In this document: piece after piece, positions 6,530 to 13,955 of the stretch | Numbering within the stretch: the stretch's first letter is position 1 | Layout of the letters: every line of letters begins with the position of its first letter | From: a virus | Virus record (IMG/VR): IMGVR_UViG_3300045988_101864 | Coordinates: 1-17,625 of that record | Length of the DNA stretch: 17,625 bases | Strand: one strand, 5' to 3' | Notes under the pieces: model-generated | Database searches by the model: none | Told to the model about the DNA's origin: nothing | The model's input: the letters and a program-made list of their open reading frames with translations, nothing else | Made by a program: the position numbers and the translations under genes

Positions 6530-6538
6530 TGTTATACT
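6510..6538 (+). promoter_or_regulatory. Promoter TTGACT-17-TATACT with TG extension, spanning the polymerase stop codon
   Basis: -35 at 6510-6515, TG at 6530-6531, -10 at 6533-6538. It points into a 260-bp ORF-free region. Confidence 0.65.
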
Positions 6539-6544
6539 ATAAGT

Positions 6545-6790
6545 GTGTTGATTGTAGCTTTAACACGCATAGACTCTTTCTTTAAAAATCGTACTGTAAG
6601 GCCCAGTGTTCCACGTGAAACATTGGGTCTTACACATTATGGTATTGCCAGACGTACTCATTCATGAGGTGAAAATTGTGGGTCTCTTCACTTGGAAAAC
6701 AGTGCCACACACCTAGTCGAAGTAAGATATCGCATGGTCTTGAGTTGTCTGTAACAATATAAAAGGTACTCTAATGAGTACCTTTTTTAT
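6545..6790 (+). ncRNA. Candidate prohead/packaging RNA (pRNA) or other structured ncRNA (about 245 nt; ends approximate)
   Basis: This is the longest non-coding stretch in a densely coded genome. It has its own promoter and ends at a strong terminator. It contains a 15-bp hairpin (6596-6610 / 6619-6633, two G-U pairs) with loop CCACGUGA, plus further helices at 6545-6567 and 6677-6709. It lies downstream of pol in the direction of transcription, as pRNA does in phi29. Confidence 0.5.
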
Positions 6791-6793
6791 TTT
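6761..6793. terminator. Bidirectional intrinsic terminator between the convergent pol/ncRNA and ATPase units
   Basis: 11-bp stem aaaaggtactc/gagtacctttt with loop taat. Flanked by an A-run upstream and ttttttatttt downstream, so a U-tract follows the stem on either strand. Confidence 0.85.
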
Positions 6794-7871
6794 ATCCATA
6801 TGACAATGCAGTCATAAGGCATTCTTTACAGTTCAAATCTTTGAAACGGAACAGTCCGCAGTCATACATTGTTCTAAGTTTCTGAATAATAAACGTGTTG
6901 CTTCTAAGAAGACGATAATTTATCTGGTGGTCTGAGTTTGTTACAGCCAGTTTGAATGGGGAAGTCTTGTCATAGGATGTGGAGCAATAGTAATAACCTT
7001 CTTCCATATAATCAAATATACCATAGTTCACATTATTGAATTTCAATGTACATACATAGGCACACTTACCACTTGGCTTATCGACAAAGGATTTATCATC
7101 ACGAAGATATATACCTTCACTGGAGTATTCAACATACGCATTATTTGAAAAAGCTTGATTGAATCCAGATTCTTTTTGGCATTCACTAGCACTTTCATTG
7201 AAGCCTTGTTCCAAGACCCATCCTACACCACGTAGGAATTTAGTATTCCACTGCAATCGTTTGATTAAGGAGTACGGAGTACCACTTCCAAGTGCTAGAT
7301 AGTATGGATTCAGTAATGTGACTGGGTTGGATATCATATAGACTGGTACATACCGGACTTGCTTACCGCCACCACGCGCCACGGAAGTATGGATAGATAT
7401 GAACTTTGTTATTTCATCTGGAGCATACTTGTTAGTTTCAGACTGAAACTCATCGAAGATGATACACGTTGCATCAGCTAGAAAGTGGGAATACTTTTTA
7501 ACTTGGTCCGCCTTGTTCAAGGCGATAGCATAACCGCAAGATTTCTTTTCGGTCTGTTCACCTTGATATACCATTAATTCATAGATAGTCCCACCAGCTC
7601 GTTTTTCCGTAAACATAGAACAGTTTGGGAAAAACAGATCTCGTATTTCCTTAAAGAATCTATCACCTATATTAGGAAGTTCGTAGTCAAATCTTGTAAG
7701 GATGATGAACTTTTCTTTTTTCTTTAGCCATTTTTTAAATGCATATCTATTGAAGAATGTTGTTTTTCCAGCAGAACGGTTTGAAGTACAGATGAATATT
7801 TCTGGGGTATTCCCATTGATATCTTTCATACCCATGATTTTAGTCCCATCATAGAATTTATTTTCACTCAT
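6792..7871 (-). CDS. DNA encapsidation (packaging) ATPase, phi29 gp16 homologue (359 aa)
   Basis: Walker A NRSAGKTT and Walker B CIIFDEF (phi29 TIVFDEF). N-terminal ENKFYDGTKIMGM resembles phi29 KSLFYNPQKMLSY. ATG 7871 is preferred; the track start at 7880 is a GTG only 2 nt from the SD. Confidence 0.93.
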   Translation of the reverse strand: MSENKFYDGTKIMGMKDINGNTPEIFICTSNRSAGKTTFFNRYAFKKWLKKKEKFIILTRFDYELPNIGDRFFKEIRDLFFPNCSMFTEKRAGGTIYELMVYQGEQTEKKSCGYAIALNKADQVKKYSHFLADATCIIFDEFQSETNKYAPDEITKFISIHTSVARGGGKQVRYVPVYMISNPVTLLNPYYLALGSGTPYSLIKRLQWNTKFLRGVGWVLEQGFNESASECQKESGFNQAFSNNAYVEYSSEGIYLRDDKSFVDKPSGKCAYVCTLKFNNVNYGIFDYMEEGYYYCSTSYDKTSPFKLAVTNSDHQINYRLLRSNTFIIQKLRTMYDCGLFRFKDLNCKECLMTALSYG

Positions 7872-7895
7872 AAATTTCACTACCTTTCTACTATA

Positions 7896-7904
7896 ATTAT
7901 ACCA
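7896..7904 (-). promoter_or_regulatory. Extended -10 promoter TGGTATAAT for the ATPase gene
   Basis: The reverse complement of 7896-7905 is ATGGTATAAT, the same motif found at the late plus-strand promoters. Confidence 0.55.
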
Positions 7905-7912
7905 TACTTTTA

Positions 7913-7921
7913 TGATATAAT
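7913..7921 (+). promoter_or_regulatory. Extended -10 promoter TGaTATAAT for the holin/lysis/structural genes
   Basis: TG at 7913-7914 and TATAAT at 7916-7921. A second ATGGTATAAA at 7923-7932 follows. The element is divergent from the ATPase promoter. Confidence 0.55.
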
Positions 7922-7948
7922 AATGGTATAAAGATAGGGGGTGTAGTC

Positions 7949-8284
7949 ATGATGCTAATTGGTATTGCTATGATTTTCAATGGCTTGGATTTAGTGACTG
8001 GGATTCTTGGTGCGGTTCGTGATGGTGAAAAGTTGCAATCAAGTAAACTAAGGGATGGACTATTCAAGAAAGTAGGGTTCGTATGTTGCTACGCATTAGG
8101 AGTTGCAATCAACTATGCAGAAATGTACTTTGAGTTGCCTTTCGCAAAAGACTTGTTGCCTATTATTTGTGGTTATGCAATCATTACAGAAGTGGTAAGT
8201 ATCTGCGAAAATATTTCAAAAATCAATCCAGATATCTTACCAGATAGAATCAAAGCATTGATTGGATATAAGGAGGAAAAATAA
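7949..8284 (+). CDS. Holin (phage_holin_4-like; 111 aa)
   Basis: Hydrophobic protein with pattern GLDLVTGILGA...SSK....GLFKK......E..SI.ENI. It sits immediately upstream of the endolysin and overlaps it by 1 nt. Confidence 0.8.
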   Translation: MMLIGIAMIFNGLDLVTGILGAVRDGEKLQSSKLRDGLFKKVGFVCCYALGVAINYAEMYFELPFAKDLLPIICGYAIITEVVSICENISKINPDILPDRIKALIGYKEEK

Positions 8285-8985
8285 TGTTTTATAAAAGAAC
8301 AAATATTCAAGGACTTATGGATTCAGAATGGATGTCTTATGCCATACAGAGAACTGGTGTAAATATGCCAAACTGCTTCACATATGCGACCGCTAGATTA
8401 TCTGAGATTCTGGGAGAAGTGTTTCCTATTGATGGATATACACGTGTACATGGGGCACAGGACTTATGGACAACACACAACTCAAGGCTTAAGCCAAGCA
8501 AGTATGCAAGCAAAGGAGCTTTAATGATTTGGTCTTATGGAGAGTATGGCCACGTGGCAGTTTGTGAAGATATCATTGATACGTATACCGTAGCATGGTC
8601 TCAGTCCAACTATGGTGGAAATCTATTTGACTATGTAGAAGGAAATCCAAATGGGTATTGTGGAATGACTTTTCTAGGGTATCTAGTGCCAGATGTGGTA
8701 TTGGATGAAGAACCAGTCAATTCAGTATTCAATATGAAGGATGTTATTCTGGAAACTGGCACGGCTAAGTTTCTTGTTGATTGTGTCAACGTGAGAAAAC
8801 AGAACCCAGTATGTGGTAGAGTTGTTGCCCAATACAATAAAGGAAATACAGTCCATTACTGGGGTAAATGGGTTGGAAACGGTCATAGGTATGTATGTTA
8901 TACTGGGGCAAGTGGTAATACAAATTTTGTAGCCGTAAGTGGAAGTGAGATTTATGGAAAAGAAAAGTGGGCAGAAATTGTGTAG
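8284..8985 (+). CDS. Endolysin: N-terminal CHAP peptidase/amidase plus C-terminal SH3b-like wall-binding domain (233 aa)
   Basis: Candidate catalytic Cys in NCFTYATA and His in YGHVAVCED. The C-terminal VNVRK...GRVVAQYNKGNTV...W is SH3-like. TAATG coupling to the holin gene. Confidence 0.85.
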   Translation: MFYKRTNIQGLMDSEWMSYAIQRTGVNMPNCFTYATARLSEILGEVFPIDGYTRVHGAQDLWTTHNSRLKPSKYASKGALMIWSYGEYGHVAVCEDIIDTYTVAWSQSNYGGNLFDYVEGNPNGYCGMTFLGYLVPDVVLDEEPVNSVFNMKDVILETGTAKFLVDCVNVRKQNPVCGRVVAQYNKGNTVHYWGKWVGNGHRYVCYTGASGNTNFVAVSGSEIYGKEKWAEIV

Positions 8986-9004
8986 CTTTTCTTCCATATA
9001 TCAA

Positions 9005-9169
9005 ATGAAAGAAGAAAAAGATATACCATACAGTTTACCAGATGGAATGAGCAAGGAATGGTATATTGAATTTTATACTGTAGCATGCAGCATATTTAGA
9101 AAAACAAACAGAGAAAGATATGAGGTGTGCTTCAGTAAATTAATGGAGTTATGCAATGAAACCAAATGA
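9005..9169 (+). CDS. Possible small hypothetical protein (54 aa)
   Basis: ORF fills the endolysin to tail-lysin gap and overlaps the next start by 14 nt, but no SD precedes ATG 9005. The longer 8939 start overlaps the endolysin gene. Confidence 0.35.
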   Translation: MKEEKDIPYSLPDGMSKEWYIEFYTVACSIFRKTNRERYEVCFSKLMELCNETK

Positions 9170-10337
9170 GAAGTTGAGTTATAAAGGATATCAGGTATGC
9201 TTGTTTCCTATGGAAACAATGTATATCACACAATGGTCAAGCCCAGATGCAGATTCACATTGTTGTGGACACCCTTTCGATTGCGCAGTTACAGATCGTA
9301 CGGATGTGCCCTTGTACGCACCTTGTGATTGTCACTTAATATATTCAGACGGTGCCCAAAACGGTAATACACGTATATACACGTCAGATAAAAAGGTATG
9401 GACACCGAGTGGTTTACGTCAAGTAACATTCAGTTTTACACATGATAATAATCCGCCCACGAAAACTACTTTCAAACAAGGTGAATTAATAGCTCATACT
9501 GGTGTTACTGGTATGGTTACTGGAGATCATTCGCATATTGACCAGACATTTACAGTGAATGGGACTTTAATATACTATGGTATTACGTGTAGATATGGAA
9601 ACAAATGTTACGCTTTGAATGGCTCAGTCCTTCCTACATTGTTTTGGTATGTGAATGATACAGTCATAGCAAATGACATGGGTCATACATTTTCAACATT
9701 CAAAAAAGGAAAACCAGTATATGACACTTTGCAATGGGTAATTACAAACACGAGTTTAACAGAACATTCAAGACCATTAACAGAGGATGAAATGAAGAAC
9801 AATGCCAAGTGCTTCTATGGAACAATGAATATATTATATGGATGGACATTGAATGCTTGTTGTGGAGTACTTGGTAATATGCAAAGTGAAAGTACGATTT
9901 CACCTTGCCGTTGGCAGAACGATACCCCATATGGTACACCTACGGAAAGTCAAGGCTATGGCCTTGTACAGTGGACACCTTATACCAAAGTGTTGGACTG
10001 GCTACGTGAGAATGGGTTTACCATAGATAATTTTGGATATGGTGAGTGCGCACGCATGAATTATGAAGTGGCTACCAACACGCAGTGGATAGCCACAAGC
10101 GCATATCCAGAAAGCTTCAAGGAGTTTACACAAAGTACTGGAAAACCTTATGATTTGGCAATCGAGTTTCTGGCCAACTATGAAAGGCCGGCAGACCCTA
10201 ATCAACCTATCAGAGGTACGCAGGCCGAACAATGGTATCAGTATTTAAAGGACTGGAAACCAGTTCTTCCAGGAAGTGATGTACCAGAAAAGAAAAAAAA
10301 ATCAAAATGGATATTCTACATAGGTAGACCATTTTAA
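9156..10337 (+). CDS. Tail-associated cell-wall hydrolase: N-terminal M23-like endopeptidase plus C-terminal phage tail lysozyme domain (phi29 gp13 analogue; 393 aa)
   Basis: GVTGMVTGDHSHID fits the M23 signature G-x-T-G-x-x-T-G-x-H-x-H. GVLGNMQSESTISP...GYGLVQWT...YERP fits the tail-lysozyme (lysozyme-2) signature. Confidence 0.85.
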   Translation: MKPNEKLSYKGYQVCLFPMETMYITQWSSPDADSHCCGHPFDCAVTDRTDVPLYAPCDCHLIYSDGAQNGNTRIYTSDKKVWTPSGLRQVTFSFTHDNNPPTKTTFKQGELIAHTGVTGMVTGDHSHIDQTFTVNGTLIYYGITCRYGNKCYALNGSVLPTLFWYVNDTVIANDMGHTFSTFKKGKPVYDTLQWVITNTSLTEHSRPLTEDEMKNNAKCFYGTMNILYGWTLNACCGVLGNMQSESTISPCRWQNDTPYGTPTESQGYGLVQWTPYTKVLDWLRENGFTIDNFGYGECARMNYEVATNTQWIATSAYPESFKEFTQSTGKPYDLAIEFLANYERPADPNQPIRGTQAEQWYQYLKDWKPVLPGSDVPEKKKKSKWIFYIGRPF

Positions 10338-10352
10338 AAGGAGGAAAAGAAA

Positions 10353-10673
10353 ATGGCAAAATTAAGTAAAGAAGATTTAATTAAAAAAGTGAATGAAATG
10401 TTTGGAGAAGATGCTACCGATGAGCAGATTTCATTGCTGGAAGATATTTCAGATTCTATGGAAACTTCTAACAATGATGAGTTAGAAACCACAAAACAAG
10501 CATTAACAAAAGCTCAGACAGATTTAAAGGAATTCAAACAGAAATATCGTGAGCGATTCTTGGGTGGCGTGAATAATAACCCCTTCCCTAAAGATGTTCA
10601 GGATGAGCAGAATGAAGGCGGAGAAGAGGAAGATAATAAATTAACTTATGACGATTTATTTAAAACAGAGTAA
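10353..10673 (+). CDS. Scaffolding protein (phi29 gp7 analogue; 106 aa)
   Basis: Small, acidic and predicted helical. Lies directly upstream of the major capsid gene, the position of phi29 gene 7. AAGGAGG SD. Confidence 0.6.
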   Translation: MAKLSKEDLIKKVNEMFGEDATDEQISLLEDISDSMETSNNDELETTKQALTKAQTDLKEFKQKYRERFLGGVNNNPFPKDVQDEQNEGGEEEDNKLTYDDLFKTE

Positions 10674-10678
10674 AAATA

Positions 10679-10687
10679 TGCTATAAT
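10679..10687 (+). promoter_or_regulatory. Extended -10 promoter TGcTATAAT upstream of the capsid gene
   Basis: TG at 10679-10680 and TATAAT at 10682-10687, in the 61-bp gap before ATG 10735. Confidence 0.55.
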
Positions 10688-10734
10688 AGATATGTAAAAG
10701 ATTACCAACATAGATTGGAAGAAAGGAGATTTTT

Positions 10735-12150
10735 ATGGCAGAAAAACCAATGAAAGCAGAGTTGAATGCCAAAACCCCAGAGATTTTGAACACAGTTCGT
10801 GAAAGCATTGGTGGTGATTTTCAAGAAGGTACACCACACGTTTTAAGTGCTGGTGAAGAAATGGCAGATGGTGTAATGGCTACAAGTAACGACTCATTAA
10901 TGAGTATTCGTGCTTTTGGTCAAGCGATTATGTCAAACGTGGGATGGCAGAATGCATTCCTAAGTGAATTATTAAATAGAATTGGTCTAGTAATTATTTC
11001 TTCTAAGTCATACCAGAACCCTTGGGCCAACTTGAAACGTGGTCGTTTGGAATATGGTGAAGTGATTGAAGATATCTTTATCAATATTTGTGAACCTTAC
11101 AACTATGATCCAGAAGTTGCAGAAAGCCAAGTTGAAAAACGTGTGAAACCAGACGTGGAAGCCATGTTATATCGTATCAACTCGCAGATTTTCTACAAAC
11201 AGACGATTGAGCAAGTGACTTTACGACAAGCATTTACTTCAACCACTGGAGTTGTAAACTTGATTACGGGTATCATTGATGCAATGTATACGGCTATGGA
11301 GTATGATGAACGTTTAGCAATGAAATACATTTTAGTTCAAAGACTTTTGAACGGTACGATGTATAAACAAATCATTCCAAAGAATTCAACTAGCGAACAG
11401 TTGATTACAGCGGTTAAAACTGTTTCTAACTTGCTAATGACACCAAGTCGAAAATATAACAGTGCTGGTGTATTGAACTATGCGTTAAAAAACGACCAGT
11501 ATATGTTTGTAACAAGTGCGTTCGATGCACAGTCTGGAGTTGAAGTTTTAGCAAAGGCATTCAATGTGGATTATGTACAATTCAGTGGTCGTTATATTGT
11601 GTTAGATGATTTCTCATTTACACCAGATGAATTGGATAGATTGGATATCATCTTTGCTGGTGAACCAAGTTATATTCGACCAAGCGCAGACCAGTTGTCT
11701 AAGTTGAAGGAAGTTAATATAGTAACAGTTGACAAAGACTTCTTTATGGTATACGATGTGGAACAGTACTTTGATATGAGAAGAAACCAGCAAGGTTTAT
11801 ACGAGAACAACTTCCTGCACGTATGGAAAGTATATGCGAGTGGTTACTTTGCAAATGCCGTTATGTATGTTGAAACAGAGCCTACAGTAACAAGCGTTGA
11901 TGTTGCACCAAGCAAAGCAACAATGCCAAAAGGTTCAAGCTTGACGATGAAAGCAACTGTTACAGCTTCTGACTTTGCAGACAAAACCGTGCACTGGGAA
12001 GTATCTGGTGGTGGAACTGATGTAACAATCAACGAGAAAACGGGTGTTCTTACTATTGGTAATAACGCTACGGCTCAAGCATATACGGTTAAGGCGGTTT
12101 CAAACGGAGACACCGAAAAATTTGGTTCAGCGACTATTACAGTGGCGTAG
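10735..12150 (+). CDS. Major capsid protein with C-terminal Big_2 Ig-like domain (phi29 gp8 homologue; 471 aa)
   Basis: Hand alignment to phi29 gp8: LNRIGLVIIS with VDRIGLVVIR; VDKDFFMVYD with VDKDWFMVYD; LHVWKVYASGYFANAV with YHVWQTLSVSRFANAV. The C-terminal VTSVDVAP...TVKAV repeat is Big_2-like. Confidence 0.95.
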   Translation: MAEKPMKAELNAKTPEILNTVRESIGGDFQEGTPHVLSAGEEMADGVMATSNDSLMSIRAFGQAIMSNVGWQNAFLSELLNRIGLVIISSKSYQNPWANLKRGRLEYGEVIEDIFINICEPYNYDPEVAESQVEKRVKPDVEAMLYRINSQIFYKQTIEQVTLRQAFTSTTGVVNLITGIIDAMYTAMEYDERLAMKYILVQRLLNGTMYKQIIPKNSTSEQLITAVKTVSNLLMTPSRKYNSAGVLNYALKNDQYMFVTSAFDAQSGVEVLAKAFNVDYVQFSGRYIVLDDFSFTPDELDRLDIIFAGEPSYIRPSADQLSKLKEVNIVTVDKDFFMVYDVEQYFDMRRNQQGLYENNFLHVWKVYASGYFANAVMYVETEPTVTSVDVAPSKATMPKGSSLTMKATVTASDFADKTVHWEVSGGGTDVTINEKTGVLTIGNNATAQAYTVKAVSNGDTEKFGSATITVA

Positions 12151-12157
12151 TATATAG

Positions 12158-12185
12158 AAAGGTGGGACCTCCCACCTTTTATTTT
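12158..12185 (+). terminator. Strong intrinsic terminator after the capsid gene
   Basis: 9-bp GC-rich stem aaaggtggg/cccaccttt (12158-12166 / 12171-12179) with loop acct, followed by ttatttt. Confidence 0.85.
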
Positions 12186-12199
12186 AAGGAGGTAAATAT

Positions 12200-13846
12200 A
12201 TGGCTTATGTTATTCCAAACAGTACAGTTGTGCTTTTAAAGAATATTTCATTAACACCAAACTATGAAAATACAGTGGATTATGATAATGCTACGGCTCA
12301 GTATAATGATATGTACGCTCATAAACTAGCTCAATGGGATAGATGTACGTATGTTGGAAAGAACAAACAACAAGGTACTATCAGATTAGAATCTACGCAA
12401 GGATTGCTTATGCAACAAGCTACGTATATGATGTTTAAGAATACGAACTATGAAAACAAATGGTTCTATGCTTTCGTTACAGATGTAACATGGGTAAATA
12501 ATGTAACATGGGAAGTTTCCTTCATTCTGGATGTTATGCAGACTTATTATTTTGATTTTACGTATGAAAAATGCTTTATTGAACGTGCCCACACAAAAGA
12601 TACTGCTATAGGATCAAACATTGTTGATGAAAAATTAGATACTGGAGAATATATTGTAAACTATCAAAATGATATAACTCAATTTACAGATTTAGTTGGT
12701 ACTGTATGTTGCACTTTAAAACCAACTGGGGAAGAACAAGACAGTTTCGTCACTTCACAAATTGATAAAACAAATGTTGCAGGCAGTATTTATGCTTTTG
12801 GTACATTGGCAGAATATCAAGAATTTTTTGTGAAAGCCACTGACAGTAACCCAGACGATACTATCATTGATACATATATGCTACCGAGATTCTTTGCGAC
12901 TGGTGGAGATCCAACTGGAATACATAGAGTACATGGAGATTGTGAACACGTACAAGTTGAATTTGATAAACCACAAAATCATACGGATGGTTCACTGAGT
13001 GGGTATATCCCAAAAAATAAAAAATTATATACGTATCCATATTGCTATATGAGACTAACCACTTTTAGTGGAAACTCAACAGAATTGAGATATGAAGATT
13101 TTAAAAATGATAAATGCCGTTTTGATATCAGTATGACAAGAACTCCAAACCCAGAAGGCTATGTGTACCCTACATATTATAAAGGATTAGTGGATAACAA
13201 GGATGAAGGTATTAGTATTAATAACTTCCCAAAGTGCGCATTCACTATTGATACTTATAAAGCTTGGCTGGCTCAGACGGCTAACTCAAGAACCATTCAA
13301 GCGTTAAGTGTAGCTGGCCAAATTGGTATGGGTATTGCTGGTTCTTTGGCACTAGGTGGTGCTGGTGGAGGTGCAGTACTGGCAGGTGCAGAAGGCGGAG
13401 CATTACTGGCCCAGAGTGAAGCTACAAATGCTATATCAATGGGTAACAACGCACTAGGAAATCTTAACAAAGCATTCAGTATGATAGCCCAAGATAGAGA
13501 TATGGCTGTAAAAGGCCAAAGAGCAGTTGGAAATGTAAACACAAGTTGGATGAGTGCAAACAATGAGAATACGATTCATGTACAATGTCTTTGTGCTAAA
13601 CCAAGCAGTTTAAGAATCATTGATGATTATTTTGAAAAATATGGGTATGCATTACATACATTATCTATGCCAGTAATTAAAAATAGACCACATTGGAACT
13701 ATATAAAAACTGTTGGATGTGATGTAAAAGCTAGTTTACCAGCATCGTTAGTAGAACAGATAAATTCTATTCATGATAACGGAATCACCTTCTGGAAAAA
13801 TCTTGACTCGGTTGGTAATTATAGCCTGGACAACAGACCAGTTTAA
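12200..13846 (+). CDS. Tail knob protein (phi29 gp9 homologue; 548 aa)
   Basis: YMMFKNTNYENKWFYAFVTDV aligns with phi29 YIMFQNADYGNKWFYAFVTEL. C-terminal IHDNGITFWKNLDSVGNYSLDN aligns with IFDNGITLWHTDNIGNYSVEN. An internal Gly/Ala-rich hydrophobic loop is present. Confidence 0.93.
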   Translation: MAYVIPNSTVVLLKNISLTPNYENTVDYDNATAQYNDMYAHKLAQWDRCTYVGKNKQQGTIRLESTQGLLMQQATYMMFKNTNYENKWFYAFVTDVTWVNNVTWEVSFILDVMQTYYFDFTYEKCFIERAHTKDTAIGSNIVDEKLDTGEYIVNYQNDITQFTDLVGTVCCTLKPTGEEQDSFVTSQIDKTNVAGSIYAFGTLAEYQEFFVKATDSNPDDTIIDTYMLPRFFATGGDPTGIHRVHGDCEHVQVEFDKPQNHTDGSLSGYIPKNKKLYTYPYCYMRLTTFSGNSTELRYEDFKNDKCRFDISMTRTPNPEGYVYPTYYKGLVDNKDEGISINNFPKCAFTIDTYKAWLAQTANSRTIQALSVAGQIGMGIAGSLALGGAGGGAVLAGAEGGALLAQSEATNAISMGNNALGNLNKAFSMIAQDRDMAVKGQRAVGNVNTSWMSANNENTIHVQCLCAKPSSLRIIDDYFEKYGYALHTLSMPVIKNRPHWNYIKTVGCDVKASLPASLVEQINSIHDNGITFWKNLDSVGNYSLDNRPV

Positions 13847-13855
13847 TGTTATAAT
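13827..13855 (+). promoter_or_regulatory. Promoter TGGACA-17-TATAAT with TG extension, spanning the knob stop codon
   Basis: -35 at 13827-13832, TG at 13847-13848, -10 at 13850-13855. It shares TAATGTTATA with the promoter at 6527-6536. Confidence 0.6.
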
Positions 13856-13861
13856 AAATAT

Positions 13862-13948
13862 GTTCCTAATGAATAGGTCCTCCTATTACTCATTTCAGTC
13901 TTGATTTACTAGCTAAAGGTGGTACGTTTTATGCGTATCACTTTTAGT
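13862..13948 (+). ncRNA. Candidate small RNA or structured leader (about 85 nt) between a promoter and a terminator-like hairpin
   Basis: Hairpin 1 spans 13868-13894: aatgaatagg/cctatt(act)catt with a C-rich apex UCCUCC. Hairpin 2 spans 13915-13945 as a 12-bp stem with two G-U pairs. No credible ORF. A separate promoter for the portal gene follows. Confidence 0.35.
13915..13948 (+). terminator. Terminator-like hairpin upstream of the portal promoter
   Basis: aaaggtggtacg/cgtatcactttt with loop ttttatg. The A-run before it and the T-run at its 3' end form part of the stem. Confidence 0.4.
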
Positions 13949-13955
13949 CTATTTA

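Noticed and set aside
6634-6642. 9-mer acattatgg shared between the ITR (19-27) and the pRNA-candidate region.
   Set aside because: A single 9-mer match in an AT-rich 17.6-kb genome searched on both strands is within chance expectation. No extended similarity flanks it.
10293-10301. A9 homopolymer near the 3' end of the tail-lysin gene, considered as a frameshift or slippage site.
   Set aside because: Both shifted frames terminate within about 12 codons, before the next gene. No alternative product of consequence is created. It encodes a plausible KKKK tail.
13859-13903. 14-codon ORF (MFLMNRSSYYSFQS) in the knob-portal intergenic region.
   Set aside because: There is no SD, and the ATG would lie at or before the predicted transcription start. 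The region is better explained as structured RNA.
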